Origin: Escherichia coli
GTDB taxonomy: Bacteria; Pseudomonadota; Gammaproteobacteria; Enterobacterales; Enterobacteriaceae
Assembly (NCBI RefSeq): GCF_022846255.1
Contig: NZ_AP025682.1
Length of the DNA: 64,000 nucleotides
Strand: one strand, 5' to 3'
Shown here: positions 1-12,095 of the stretch, piece after piece
Layout of the letters: every line of letters begins with the position of its first letter
Numbering within the stretch: position 1 is the first letter of the stretch
Translations under genes and position numbers: made by a program
Notes under the pieces: model-generated
Databases searched by the model: none
The model's input: only the letters and a program-made list of their open reading frames with translations
Told to the model about the DNA's origin: nothing

Positions 1-99
1 GCGCTAAACGGGGACGTTTATGCGCACATACAATCCAAACTCTCTTCTCCCTTCACAGATGCAGAAATGCACCTGCGATTTTTTGCATCCTGCGTTTGA
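1..99 (+). CDS. 3' end (32 codons) of an unidentified upstream nin-region gene, cut by the window edge
   Basis: Frame 1 is open from the window edge to TGA at 97-99, just before the GGAGGTG RBS and GTG of the next gene; product not recognised. Confidence 0.25.
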   Translation, partial: ALNGDVYAHIQSKLSSPFTDAEMHLRFFASCV

Positions 100-117
100 C
101 CTCTGCGGAGGTGAAGC

Positions 118-573
118 GTGAACCTCCCACAAGACGGCATCAAATTACATCGCGGCAACTTCACCGCTATCGGCCAGCAGATCCAGCCTTATCTGGAGGA
201 AGGCAAATGCTTTCGCATGGTGCTTAAACCGTGGCGGGAGAGACGCAGTCTTTCCCAGAATGCACTTAGCCACATGTGGTACAGCGAAATCAGTGAATAC
301 CTCATCAGCAGGGGTAAAACGTTCGCCACTCCAGATTGGGTAAAAGATGCTCTCAAACACACTTATCTCGGTTATGAAACCAAAGAACTGGTTGATGTCG
401 TATCTGGTGAGATCACCACTATTCAGTCATTACGCCATACCTCCGATCTTGATACCGGAGAGATGTATGTCTTCCTGAGTAAGGTTGAATCTTGGGCGAT
501 GAATATTGGCTGCCACCTGACTATTCCGCAGAGCTGCGAGTATCAGCTGCTGCGTGATAAGCAGGAGGCGTAA
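118..573 (+). CDS. ybcN: NinB-family protein (DLP12 YbcN-like, 151 aa)
   Basis: ORF track 118..573. GGAGGTG RBS precedes a GTG start. The [17 protein letters not shown] segment parallels lambda NinB RSLDQNRKLW. Sits in ybcN-ninE-ybcO-rusA synteny as in DLP12. Confidence 0.85.
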   Translation: MNLPQDGIKLHRGNFTAIGQQIQPYLEEGKCFRMVLKPWRERRSLSQNALSHMWYSEISEYLISRGKTFATPDWVKDALKHTYLGYETKELVDVVSGEITTIQSLRHTSDLDTGEMYVFLSKVESWAMNIGCHLTIPQSCEYQLLRDKQEA

Positions 574-743
574 TGGCTACACCGCTTATTCGTGTCATGA
601 ACGGACACATCTACAGAGTACCAAATCGTCGTAAGCGTAAGCCTGAGCTGAAACCATCCGAAATACCAACACTGCTCGGATATACCGCCAGCCTGGTTGA
701 TAAAAAATGGTTGCGACTGGCAGCAAGGAGGAATCATGGCTGA
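573..743 (+). CDS. ninE: NinE (56 aa)
   Basis: My own translation from ATG 573 gives [56 protein letters not shown]. Below the 60-aa cutoff of the ORF track. The ATG overlaps the ybcN stop. Confidence 0.8.
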   Translation: MATPLIRVMNGHIYRVPNRRKRKPELKPSEIPTLLGYTASLVDKKWLRLAARRNHG

Positions 744-1026
744 TTTGAGAAAAGCAGCGCGTGGTCGGGAATGCCAGGTAAGAATCCCTGGCGTATGTAA
801 TGGCAATTCTGAGACGTCTGTACTGGCACATATCCGGCTGGCTGGATTGTGCGGTACCGGTATCAAACCGCCAGACCTGATTGCCACCATTGCATGTTCT
901 GCCTGCCACGACGAAATCGACCGCCGCACACATTTTGTCGATGCTGCATATGCAAAAGAATGCGCGCTGGAAGGTATGGCGAGAACACAGGTTATCTGGC
1001 TGAAAGAGGGGGTAATCAAGGCGTGA
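736..1026 (+). CDS. ybcO: YbcO-like DUF1364 protein (96 aa, putative nuclease)
   Basis: ATG at 736 inside ORF 697..1026 gives [23 protein letters not shown]...; it overlaps the ninE stop. Cys/His-rich, in DLP12 gene order. Confidence 0.8.
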   Translation: MADLRKAARGRECQVRIPGVCNGNSETSVLAHIRLAGLCGTGIKPPDLIATIACSACHDEIDRRTHFVDAAYAKECALEGMARTQVIWLKEGVIKA

Positions 1027-1385
1027 ATACTTACCACATCACACTACCCTGGCCGCCGAGCAATAACCGCTACTACAGGCATAATCGCGGGCGCACGCAC
1101 ATCAGCGCAGAAGGGCAGGCATACCGTGATAACGTCGCCCGAATCATTAAAGGCTCAATGCTGGATATCGGTCTGGCTATGCCTGTGAAAATCCGCATTG
1201 AGTGCCACATGCCGGATCGCCGTCGCCGTGACCTGGATAATCTGCAAAAAGCCGCTTTTGACGCACTCACTAAAGCAGGTTTCTGGCTGGATGATGAGCT
1301 GGTCGTTGATTACCGCGTTGTGAAGATGCCTGTTACCAAAGGTGGGAAGCTGGAACTGACCACCACTGAACTGGGAGATGAATGA
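1023..1385 (+). CDS. rusA: RusA Holliday-junction resolvase (120 aa)
   Basis: GTG 1023 gives (M)[25 protein letters not shown]...; near-identical to my recollection of K-12 RusA, including the DLDN catalytic region. Confidence 0.95.
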   Translation: MNTYHITLPWPPSNNRYYRHNRGRTHISAEGQAYRDNVARIIKGSMLDIGLAMPVKIRIECHMPDRRRRDLDNLQKAAFDALTKAGFWLDDELVVDYRVVKMPVTKGGKLELTTTELGDE

Positions 1386-1480
1386 TGTTTGAGTCTTATA
1401 TGGCAGAACGTCTTCGCCGCCGCTGGGTGCGCCTGCGCTTATATCGTTTTATTGATTTTTGCTGGCAATTGGCGTGCTAG
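1382..1480 (+). CDS. ylcG-like small ORF (32 aa)
   Basis: ATGATG overlaps the rusA stop. The N-terminus [23 protein letters not shown] resembles K-12 YlcG, but the C-terminus diverges and is shorter. Confidence 0.4.
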   Translation: MMFESYMAERLRRRWVRLRLYRFIDFCWQLAC

Positions 1481-1503
1481 CCTGATTTTTGTGGGGAAAG
1501 TTG

Positions 1504-1887
1504 ATGCGTGATATTCAGATGGTTCTTGAGCGTTGGGGGGCATGGGCGGCTAATAACCACGAGGATGTAACCTGGTCATCCATTGCTGCCGGTTTTAAGG
1601 GATTAATTCCTTCAAAAGTAAAGTCTCGCCCACAATGCTGTGATGATGACGCGATGATTGTTTGTGGATGTATGGCTCGCCTGAAAAAGAACAATAGCTA
1701 TTTGCATGATTTACTAGTGGATTATTATGTCGGGGGTATGACATTTATGTCACTGGCAAGTAAGCATTGTTGCTCTGATGGTTATATCGGGAAAAAGTTA
1801 CAGAAGGCTGAGGGAATAATTGAAGGGATGTTAATGGCATTAGATATACGGTTAGAGATGGATATCGTTGTTACTAAGTCTAATTAA
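1504..1887 (+). CDS. quuD: Late-gene antiterminator Q (QuuD-type, 127 aa)
   Basis: ATG 1504 within ORF 1489..1887 gives [24 protein letters not shown]...; matches my recollection of DLP12 QuuD. Confidence 0.9.
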   Translation: MRDIQMVLERWGAWAANNHEDVTWSSIAAGFKGLIPSKVKSRPQCCDDDAMIVCGCMARLKKNNSYLHDLLVDYYVGGMTFMSLASKHCCSDGYIGKKLQKAEGIIEGMLMALDIRLEMDIVVTKSN

Positions 1888-1914
1888 TACGCTAATTATT
1901 TACTAAGTGTTATT

Positions 1915-1939
1915 AAAAAAGGGGCGTAGAAACGCCCCC
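1915..1939 (-). terminator. Rho-independent terminator of the porin transcript
   Basis: On the minus strand: GGGGCGT-TTCT-ACGCCCC followed by TTTTTT. Confidence 0.75.
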
Positions 1940-2076
1940 AAAAATAAAGGGTAATATATAACAGAAGGTTTATATAGTCAGAAGCAAGGTAGTGCTTCTA
2001 AAGGAAGTGGCTTGAGGGAGCCACTTATATGTTGGGGAGGTAAAGCCTCCCGCAACATATCTTTTTCGTAACCAGA
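1915..2076 (-). ncRNA. ipeX: nmpC/lc 3' UTR; candidate IpeX-like porin-inhibiting RNA region
   Basis: A ~160-nt hairpin-rich untranslated stretch lies between the porin stop codon and its terminator. ipeX was described in exactly this position in DLP12/PA-2. Sequence identity not verified. Confidence 0.45.
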
Positions 2077-3174
2077 TTAGAACTGGTAAACCAGTCCTAC
2101 GGCAACGATGTCGTCAGTGCTTACACCAAGTGCTTTAGTGAAGTCGTTTTTGTCAAGCAGGTTGATCTTGTAATCAACGAAAGTAGACATGTTTTTGTTG
2201 AAGTAATAAGTTGCACCTACATCAACATATTTGACTAAGTCCTGATCGCCCCATACTCCAAGATCCTTACCTTTAGATTGCAGGTAAGCAACGGACGGAC
2301 GCAGACCGAAATCGAACTGATATTGTGCAACAGCTTCGAAGTTTTGAGCTTTATTAGCAACGAAGTGATCAGCAAATACAGTCATATTCTGGGTTTCAGA
2401 ATAGGTAGTGGCCAGGTAAATGTTGTTAGCGTCATATTTCAGACCTGCGGCCCAAATTTCTGCATTTTTACCGGAAGCAAATACTTCAGGAAGAACTTTG
2501 CCTGCATTGACTTGAGTGTCGGTACGATCAGATTTCGCATAAGTCGCACCAATGCCGAATCCTTCGTATTCATAGGTAGCAGAGAAACCGAATCCATCAC
2601 CGTTACCTTCGGTGTAGTTATCGAAATCGCTACGATCGTTTTTACCTTGGTACTGAGCAGCAAAGTTCAGACCATCAACCAGACCAAAGAAGTCGTTGTT
2701 ACGGTAAGTTGCAACACCAGTTGCACGTTGAGTCATGAACACGTCGGTTTGAGTCCAAGTGTCACCACCGAATTCTGGCAGGACGTCAGTCCACGCACCG
2801 ATGTCGTATGCTACACCGTAGTTACGACCGTAATCGATGGAACCGTAGTCACCGAATTTCAGGCCTGCAAATGCAAGACGGGTTTTGTCTTTGGCGGAAC
2901 CTTGAGATTCAGCGCGGTTGCCTTTGAATTCATATTCCCACTGACCGAAACCAGTCAGTTGATCGTTGATTTGGGTTTCACCTTTGAAGCCCAGACGAAC
3001 ATAAGTAGTATCACCATCATCTGCATCGTTAGAGGAAAAGTAGTGCTTGGCATTAACTTTCCCGTACAGATCCAGCTTGTTACTGTCTTTATTATAAATT
3101 TCAGCTGCCTGAGCAGACATCGCCATCAGTACTGATGCAGCTACAGCAGAAATTGCCACTGTTAATTTTTTCAT
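2077..3174 (-). CDS. nmpC: Phage-encoded general porin (NmpC/Lc/OmpD-like, 365 aa), intact
   Basis: ATG 3174 gives [39 protein letters not shown]... with a C-terminal ...VGLVYQF. Classic OmpC-family signal peptide and terminal Phe. Confidence 0.95.
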   Translation of the reverse strand: MKKLTVAISAVAASVLMAMSAQAAEIYNKDSNKLDLYGKVNAKHYFSSNDADDGDTTYVRLGFKGETQINDQLTGFGQWEYEFKGNRAESQGSAKDKTRLAFAGLKFGDYGSIDYGRNYGVAYDIGAWTDVLPEFGGDTWTQTDVFMTQRATGVATYRNNDFFGLVDGLNFAAQYQGKNDRSDFDNYTEGNGDGFGFSATYEYEGFGIGATYAKSDRTDTQVNAGKVLPEVFASGKNAEIWAAGLKYDANNIYLATTYSETQNMTVFADHFVANKAQNFEAVAQYQFDFGLRPSVAYLQSKGKDLGVWGDQDLVKYVDVGATYYFNKNMSTFVDYKINLLDKNDFTKALGVSTDDIVAVGLVYQF

Positions 3175-3502
3175 CGTGAGCCCTTTTTTTGAACTATTAT
3201 TAAAAAATGATGTCACTGCGCGATAAATATTCATCTAATCAATATGATTATTTCAAGATGTAAGTTTTAGTTTCTCATTTAATTTGTGAAGTAGATCTCT
3301 ATTTTTATCTGAACTTTTTCTATCGAAACCTATTTATGGCTCTTATTTGAACAAAAATAAACCTATTAGCTAATTTATATTAATGGCTGTTATTTATGGT
3401 GGTTCTATAATTCGGAAGTTTAATTTAAATCAACTAAAAATAACGTCGGAAATTATTTATTGGTTATTTGTTGAGGTTTTCTAATGTATTTGTGGTGGTG
3501 TT

Positions 3503-3531
3503 TTGAACACTCGGTAGCATTCTCATAAATA
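3503..3531 (+). promoter_or_regulatory. Candidate sigma70 promoter upstream of the lysis genes (possible late promoter pR')
   Basis: TTGAAC, a 17-nt spacer, then TAAATA, ~230 nt upstream of the holin start. No experimental or comparative support available here. Confidence 0.2.
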
Positions 3532-3761
3532 TCATTCAGTGGTTTACGTACGTAAAAAATTGGTTATGCTGTTAAGAGTGGTTACTTCGTCACACAGCTT
3601 AAACCCGCCGTCGAGCTGGTTTTTCCATTTTTTGAGTCTCGATATTAGCTGATAACTCAATACCTGAGTTATTCACTGACTCCGAGTCTGTTACGTTTCT
3701 GCTTTTTTGCGATACGTTGTATTCCCTCAATTTACACCCGCTTTGTCTGCGAGGTGGGGTT

Positions 3762-3977
3762 ATGAAATCCATGGATAAGTTAACAACGGGTGTCGCCTAT
3801 GGCACCTCAGCAGGTAGTGCCGGTTACTGGTTTTTACAGCTGCTCGATAAAGTCACGCCCTCACAGTGGGCAGCAATAGGTGTGCTGGGTAGCCTGGTAT
3901 TTGGCCTGCTGACGTACCTGACAAACCTTTATTTCAAGATTAAAGAAGATAAGCGCAAGGCTGCGAGAGGTGAATAA
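3762..3977 (+). CDS. essD: Phage-21-type pinholin (S21-like, 71 aa) with dual-start motif
   Basis: [28 protein letters not shown]... has Met1/Met4 dual starts (antiholin/holin), two TM segments and a charged C-terminus. Lies directly upstream of a SAR endolysin. Confidence 0.92.
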
Positions 3978-4474
3978 TGCCTCCATCATTACGAAAAGCC
4001 GTTGCTGCTGCTATTGGTGGCGGAGCAATTGCTATAGCATCAGTGTTAATTACTGGCCCAAGTGGTAACGATGGTCTGGAAGGTGTCAGCTACATACCAT
4101 ACAAAGATATTGTTGGTGTATGGACTGTATGTCACGGGCATACAGGAAAAGACATCATGCTCGGTAAAACGTATACCAAAGCAGAATGCAAAGCACTCTT
4201 GAATAAAGACCTTGCCACTGTCGCCAGACAAATTAACCCGTACATCAAAGTCGATATACCGGAAACAACGCGCGGCGCTCTTTACTCATTCGTTTACAAC
4301 GTGGGTGCTGGCAATTTCAGAACATCGACGCTTCTTCGCAAAATAAACCAGGGTGATATCAAAGGCGCATGTGATCAGCTACGTCGCTGGACATATGCTG
4401 GCGGTAAGCAATGGAAAGGTCTCATGACTCGTCGTGAGATTGAGCGTGAAATCTGTTTGTGGGGTCAGCAATGA
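3977..4474 (+). CDS. rrrD: SAR endolysin (R21-type lysozyme, 165 aa)
   Basis: N-terminal signal-anchor-release segment [20 protein letters not shown]. The E-8aa-D-5aa-T catalytic spacing is seen in [17 protein letters not shown]. Confidence 0.93.
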   Translation: MPPSLRKAVAAAIGGGAIAIASVLITGPSGNDGLEGVSYIPYKDIVGVWTVCHGHTGKDIMLGKTYTKAECKALLNKDLATVARQINPYIKVDIPETTRGALYSFVYNVGAGNFRTSTLLRKINQGDIKGACDQLRRWTYAGGKQWKGLMTRREIEREICLWGQQ

Positions 4475-4914
4475 ACAGAGTAACCACGATTATCTCCGCT
4501 CTGGTTATCTGCATCATCGTCTGCCTGTCATGGGCTGTTAATCATTACCGTGATAACGCCATCACTTACAAAAAGCAGCGTGATAAGGCCGTATCCATTA
4601 TTACTGACATGCAGAAGCGTCAACGTGATGTAGCTGAACTCGATGCCAGATATACAAAGGAGCTTGCTGATGCTAACGCGACTATCGAAAGTCTTCGTGC
4701 TGATGTTTCTGCTGGTCGTAAGTGGCTGCACGTCAAAGCAGTCTGTCCGGACAAGCATAAAACCACCGCCGCCTCCGGCGTGGATGATGCTTCCAGCCCC
4801 AGACTTACTGACACCGCTCAACGGGATTATTTCGTTCTCAGAGAGCGCATCGAAACCATAACTAACCAATTGAATGGCCTGCAAGAGTATGTGAGATCAC
4901 AGTGCTCATATTAG
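4471..4914 (+). CDS. rzpD: Spanin inner-membrane subunit Rz (147 aa)
   Basis: ATG 4471 overlaps the endolysin stop (ATGA). N-terminal TM followed by a coiled-coil region. Confidence 0.9.
   Translation: MNRVTTIISALVICIIVCLSWAVNHYRDNAITYKKQRDKAVSIITDMQKRQRDVAELDARYTKELADANATIESLRADVSAGRKWLHVKAVCPDKHKTTAASGVDDASSPRLTDTAQRDYFVLRERIETITNQLNGLQEYVRSQCSY
4670..4861 (+). CDS. rzoD: Spanin outer-membrane lipoprotein Rz1, embedded in the +1 frame of Rz (63 aa)
   Basis: Lipobox LVVSGC, then TSKQSV...KPPPPPAW proline-rich segment, entirely inside Rz. The start could instead be an internal Met. Confidence 0.8.
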   Translation: MLTRLSKVFVLMFLLVVSGCTSKQSVRTSIKPPPPPAWMMLPAPDLLTPLNGIISFSESASKP

Positions 4915-4952
4915 AAAAGTCGTATCATAAGATTTTTGTATATGGATGCATT

Positions 4953-5327
4953 ATGTCTCAATACGCTCACGCCGCTTTAATCGCTTATCATTTGGTTGCT
5001 GATAGCTCAATGCATCCTCGTGATGCATGGGATGCAGCTGTCGCAGAGGTTACGGAAAGCGAATCGTCAAGAAAGAAGATATGCCCACGGGCAACATTTC
5101 TCGCCCTGGCGGATAGCGGTTATCTGAAGAATGTAAAACCACAGCATGGGGAGAGAAAGGGCGGTAAGTTGTATCAAAGGGCAATTGAAGTTGCGAATCT
5201 GATTCTTGATTTACCCGGAATCAGCAAAGCGGAGTTAGTTGATAAAACTTGCTATAAAGACAGGCAAGGGTCTTATGACATTGCACTAACTCTCGCTCAG
5301 CACGGATTACTCCAGCGTCCTCAATAA
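4953..5327 (+). CDS. Hypothetical protein (124 aa) at the bor/moron position downstream of Rz
   Basis: ATG 4953 within ORF 4902..5327. No family recognised. Followed by a strong terminator. Confidence 0.6.
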   Translation: MSQYAHAALIAYHLVADSSMHPRDAWDAAVAEVTESESSRKKICPRATFLALADSGYLKNVKPQHGERKGGKLYQRAIEVANLILDLPGISKAELVDKTCYKDRQGSYDIALTLAQHGLLQRPQ

Positions 5328-5345
5328 GATATTAAGTGATTTATG

Positions 5346-5369
5346 GCCTCGCTTTTAGCGGGGCTTTTT
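5346..5369 (+). terminator. Rho-independent terminator
   Basis: GCCTCGC-TTTTA-GCGGGGC followed by TTTTT. Confidence 0.8.
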
Positions 5370-5704
5370 CATATCTGAATCTCACCATGCATATCATCAC
5401 CTGACTGGAACGTCAGGAGAATTCGTTACCGGGATTCGATAAAGGTATTCAAGCCTGACACATTATGCGCTGTATCGTCGCCGTATTCCTGCATTAACCA
5501 TGACCGTAGCCCGACGGGAACTCCTTCTGCGTGAGTGTGCGGGAATAATCAAAAACGATGCACACCGGGTTTTTACCGCGTTTATGGTTCGCGGGGGTGT
5601 CCCTCATGCTCGCCAGTCCTGTGCGGGGGTGGAAGAAACAGGACGTGTATTCAGGTCTGTGCGACCGTGGCCGCACGCATTTCTTTTATTGCTTTGAGGT
5701 AGAT

Positions 5705-5914
5705 ATGTCAGTAGCTGTTTTCGAGGCACTCAATGCACGTATTAACCAACTTGAAAGTAAGGTGAAGGAATACGAGCAGCGACAGGCTGAGGCAGATGAG
5801 AAGACTCAGAACGAACTTTTCCTGGAGTTTCTTGCCATCGTTCACGAACTGATGCCGTTAGTTAATCAGGCGCTGATGACAGGGCTGAAGGATGGAGATT
5901 TACACAGTAGGTAA
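5705..5914 (+). CDS. Small coiled-coil protein (69 aa) just upstream of cos; possibly YlcI-like
   Basis: GAGGT RBS 4 nt before ATG 5705. MSVAVFEALNARINQLESKVKEYEQRQAEADEKTQNELF.... Same position as ylcI, upstream of the Nu1 homologue in DLP12; the family call is from memory only. Confidence 0.45.
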   Translation: MSVAVFEALNARINQLESKVKEYEQRQAEADEKTQNELFLEFLAIVHELMPLVNQALMTGLKDGDLHSR

Positions 5915-5929
5915 ACCTGATCTTCTGTC

Positions 5930-6128
5930 TTACGGGTCCTTTCCGGCGATCCGGCAGGCTACGGGGCGGAAGGCGCGCGGGTTTTCGCTATTTATGAAAA
6001 TTTTCCGGTTTAAGGCGTTTCCGTTCTTCTTTGCCGTAACTTAATGTTTTTATTTAAAACACCCCCTGAAAAGAAAGGAAACGACAGGTGCTGAAAACGG
6101 GCTTTTTGGCCTCTGTCGTTTCCTTTCT
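5930..6128 (+). promoter_or_regulatory. cos region, with cosQ-like, cosN and lambda-type cosB (R3, R2, R1) elements
   Basis: ACGGGTCCTTTCCGG...CTACG precedes cosN. R3 is AAGGCGTTTCCGTTCT (6012-6027), R2 is AGAAAGGAAACGACAG (6072-6087), R1 is CTGTCGTTTCCTTTCT (6113-6128). All match my recollection of lambda. Confidence 0.85.
5964..5975 (+). other. cosN 12-nt cohesive-end position (GGGCGGAAGGCG; lambda has GGGCGGCGACCT)
   Basis: Flanks ...CTACG and CGCGGGTTTTCGCTATTTATG... align base-for-base with the lambda left and right ends. Confidence 0.7.
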
Positions 6129-6152
6129 CTGTTTTTGTCCGTGGAATGAACA

Positions 6153-6671
6153 ATGGAAGTCAACAAAAAGCAGCTGGCTGACATTTTCGGTGCGAGTATC
6201 CGTACCATTCAGAACTGGCAGGAACAGGGAATGCCCGTTCTGCGAGGCGGTGGCAAGGGTAATGAGGTGCTTTATGACTCTGCCGCCGTCATAAAATGGT
6301 ATGCCGAAAGGGATGCTGAAATTGAGAACGAAAAGCTGCGCCGGGAGGTTGAAGAACTGCGGCAGGCCAGCGAGACAGATCTCCAGCCAGGACTATTGAG
6401 TACGAACGCCATCGACTTACGCGTGCGCAGGCCGACGCACAGGAGCTGAAAAATGCCAGAGACTCCGCTGAAGTGGTGGAAACTGCATTCTGTACTTTCG
6501 TGCTGTCGCGGATCGCAGGTGAAATTGCCAGTATTCTCGACGGGATCCCCCTGTCGGTGCAGCGGCGTTTTCCGGAACTGGAAAACCGACATGTTGATTT
6601 CCTGAAACGGGATATCATCAAAGCCATGAACAAAGCAGCCGCGCTGGATGAACTGATACCGGGGTTGCTGA

Positions 6672-6697
<26 letters not shown>
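6153..6697 (+). pseudogene. nu1: Terminase small subunit Nu1, disrupted by a 1-nt deletion (frameshift)
   Basis: ORF 6153..6449 is lambda-like for ~80 aa, then reads out of frame to a TGA. The rest of Nu1 (VETAFCTFVLSRIAGEIASILDG...EYIEQSG) is open in another frame up to 6697. CCAGGACT here versus CCAGGAACT in lambda. Confidence 0.85.
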
Positions 6698-10378
<3,681 letters not shown>

Positions 10379-10398
<20 letters not shown>

Positions 10399-11698
10399 TC
10401 TCCCGCATATTGCCAGCATGGCCTTTAATGAGCCGCTGATGCTTGAACCCGCCTATGCGCGGGTTTTCTTTTGTGCGCTTGCAGGCCAGCTTGGGATCAG
10501 CCGCCTGACGGATGCGGTGTCCGGCGACAGCCTGACTGCCCAGGAGGCACTCGCGACGCTGGCATTATCCGGTGATGATGGCGGGCCACGACAGGCCCGC
10601 AGTTATCAGGTCATGAACGGCATCGCCGTGCTGCCGGTGTCCGGCACGCTGGTCAGCCGGACGCGGGCGCTGCAGCCGTATTCGGGGATGACCGGTTACA
10701 ACGGCATTATCGCCCGTCTGCAACAGGCTGCCAGCGATCCGATGGTGGACGGCATTCTGCTCGATATGGACACACCGGGCGGGATGGTGGCGGGAGCATT
10801 TGACTGTGCTGACATCATCGCCCGTGTGCGAGACATAAAACCGGTATGGACGCTGGCCAACGACATGAACTGCAGTGCAGGTCAGCTGCTTGCCAGCGCC
10901 GCCTCCCGGCGTCTGGTCACGCAGACCGCCCGGACAGGCTCCATCGGCGTCATGATGGCTCACAGTAATTACGGTGCTGCGCTGGAGAAACAGGGTGTGG
11001 AAATCACGCTGATTTACAGCGGCAGCCATAAGGTGGATGGCAACCCCTACAGCCATCTACCGGATGATGTCCGGGAAACACTGTAGTCCCGGATGGATGC
11101 AACCCGCCGGATGTTTGCACAGAAGGTGTCGGCATATACCGGCCTGTCCGTGCAGGCTGTGCTGGATACCGAGGCTGCAGTGTACAGCGGTCAGGAGGCT
11201 ATTGATGCCGGACTGGCTGATGAACTTGTTAACAGTACCGATGCGATCACCGTCATGCGTGATGCACTGGATACACGTAAATCCCGTCTCTCAGGAGGGC
11301 GAATGACCAAAGAGACTCAATCAACAACTGTTTCAGCCACTGCTTCGCAGGCTGACGTTACTGGCGTGGTGCAAGCGACGGAGGGCGAGAACGCCAGCGC
11401 GGCGCAGCCGGACGTGAACGCGCAGATCACCGCAGCGGTTGCGGCAGAAAACAGCCGCATTATGGGTATCCTCAATTGTGAGGAGGCCCACGGACGTGAA
11501 GAACAGGCACGCGTGTTGGCAGAAACCCCCGGAATGACCGTGGAAACGGCCCGCCGCATTCTGGCCGCAGCACCACAGAGTGCACAGGCGCGCAGTGACA
11601 CTGCGCTGGATCGTCTGATGCAGGGGGCACCGGCACCGCTGGCTGCAGGTAACCCGGCATCTGATGCCGTTAACGATTTGCTGAACACACCAGTGTAA
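10379..11698 (+). pseudogene. C: Prohead protease/scaffold gpC interrupted by an in-frame TAG at 11084-11086; the N-terminal 235-codon S49/ClpP-like peptidase part remains open
   Basis: GTG 10379 gives (M)TAELRNLPHIASMAFNEPL.... The sequence reads ...DDVRETL-TAG-SRMDATR where lambda has CAG (Gln). The frame then continues open to 11698. Confidence 0.8.
11093..11698 (+). CDS. nu3: Scaffolding protein Nu3 (201 aa), nested in the C reading frame
   Basis: The internal start MDATRRMFAQKVSAYTGL... corresponds to lambda Nu3. It lies two codons after the amber codon. Confidence 0.9.
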   Translation: MDATRRMFAQKVSAYTGLSVQAVLDTEAAVYSGQEAIDAGLADELVNSTDAITVMRDALDTRKSRLSGGRMTKETQSTTVSATASQADVTGVVQATEGENASAAQPDVNAQITAAVAAENSRIMGILNCEEAHGREEQARVLAETPGMTVETARRILAAAPQSAQARSDTALDRLMQGAPAPLAAGNPASDAVNDLLNTPV

Positions 11699-11707
11699 GG
11701 GATGTTT

Positions 11708-12040
11708 ATGACGAGCAAAGAAACCTTTACCCATTACCAGCCGCTGGGCAACAGTGACCCGGCTCATACCGCAACCGCGCCCGGCGGATTGAGTGCGAAA
11801 GCGCCTGCAATGACCCCGCTGATGCTGGACACCTCCACCCGTAAGCTGGTTGCGTGGGATGGCACCACCGACGGTGCTGCCGTTGGCATTCTGGCGGTTG
11901 ATGCTGACCAGACCAGCACCACGCTGACGTTCTACAAGTCCGGCACGTTCCGTTATGAGGATGTGCTCTGGCCGGAGGCTGCCAGCGATGAGACGAAAAA
12001 ACGGACCGCGTTTGCCGGAACGGCAATCAGCATCGTTTAA
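11708..12040 (+). CDS. D: Head decoration protein gpD (110 aa)
   Basis: [27 protein letters not shown]... matches lambda D. Confidence 0.96.
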   Translation: MTSKETFTHYQPLGNSDPAHTATAPGGLSAKAPAMTPLMLDTSTRKLVAWDGTTDGAAVGILAVDADQTSTTLTFYKSGTFRYEDVLWPEAASDETKKRTAFAGTAISIV

Positions 12041-12060
12041 CCTTACCCTTCATCACTAAA

Positions 12061-12082
12061 GGCCGCCTGTGCGGCTTTTTTT
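12061..12082 (+). terminator. Terminator-like hairpin between D and E (also present in lambda)
   Basis: GCCGC-CTGT-GCGGC followed by TTTTTTT. Confidence 0.5.
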
Positions 12083-12095
12083 ACGGGATTTTTTT

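Noticed and set aside
2278-3135. 285-aa ORF antisense to the porin gene
   Set aside because: The opposite strand encodes a full-length, clearly recognisable OmpC-family porin; this frame is a shadow ORF.
5494-5697. Two overlapping 60-65-aa ORFs on opposite strands, and the upstream part of ORF 5558..5914
   Set aside because: They have no RBS. They overlap a nucleotide block shared with the lambda region downstream of bor. Only the distal 69 codons (from ATG 5705, which has a GAGGT RBS) look like a gene.
6272-6633. Antisense ORFs (106 and 114 aa) across the nu1 frameshift region
   Set aside because: They lie opposite a recognisable, though frameshifted, nu1 sequence and have no independent support.
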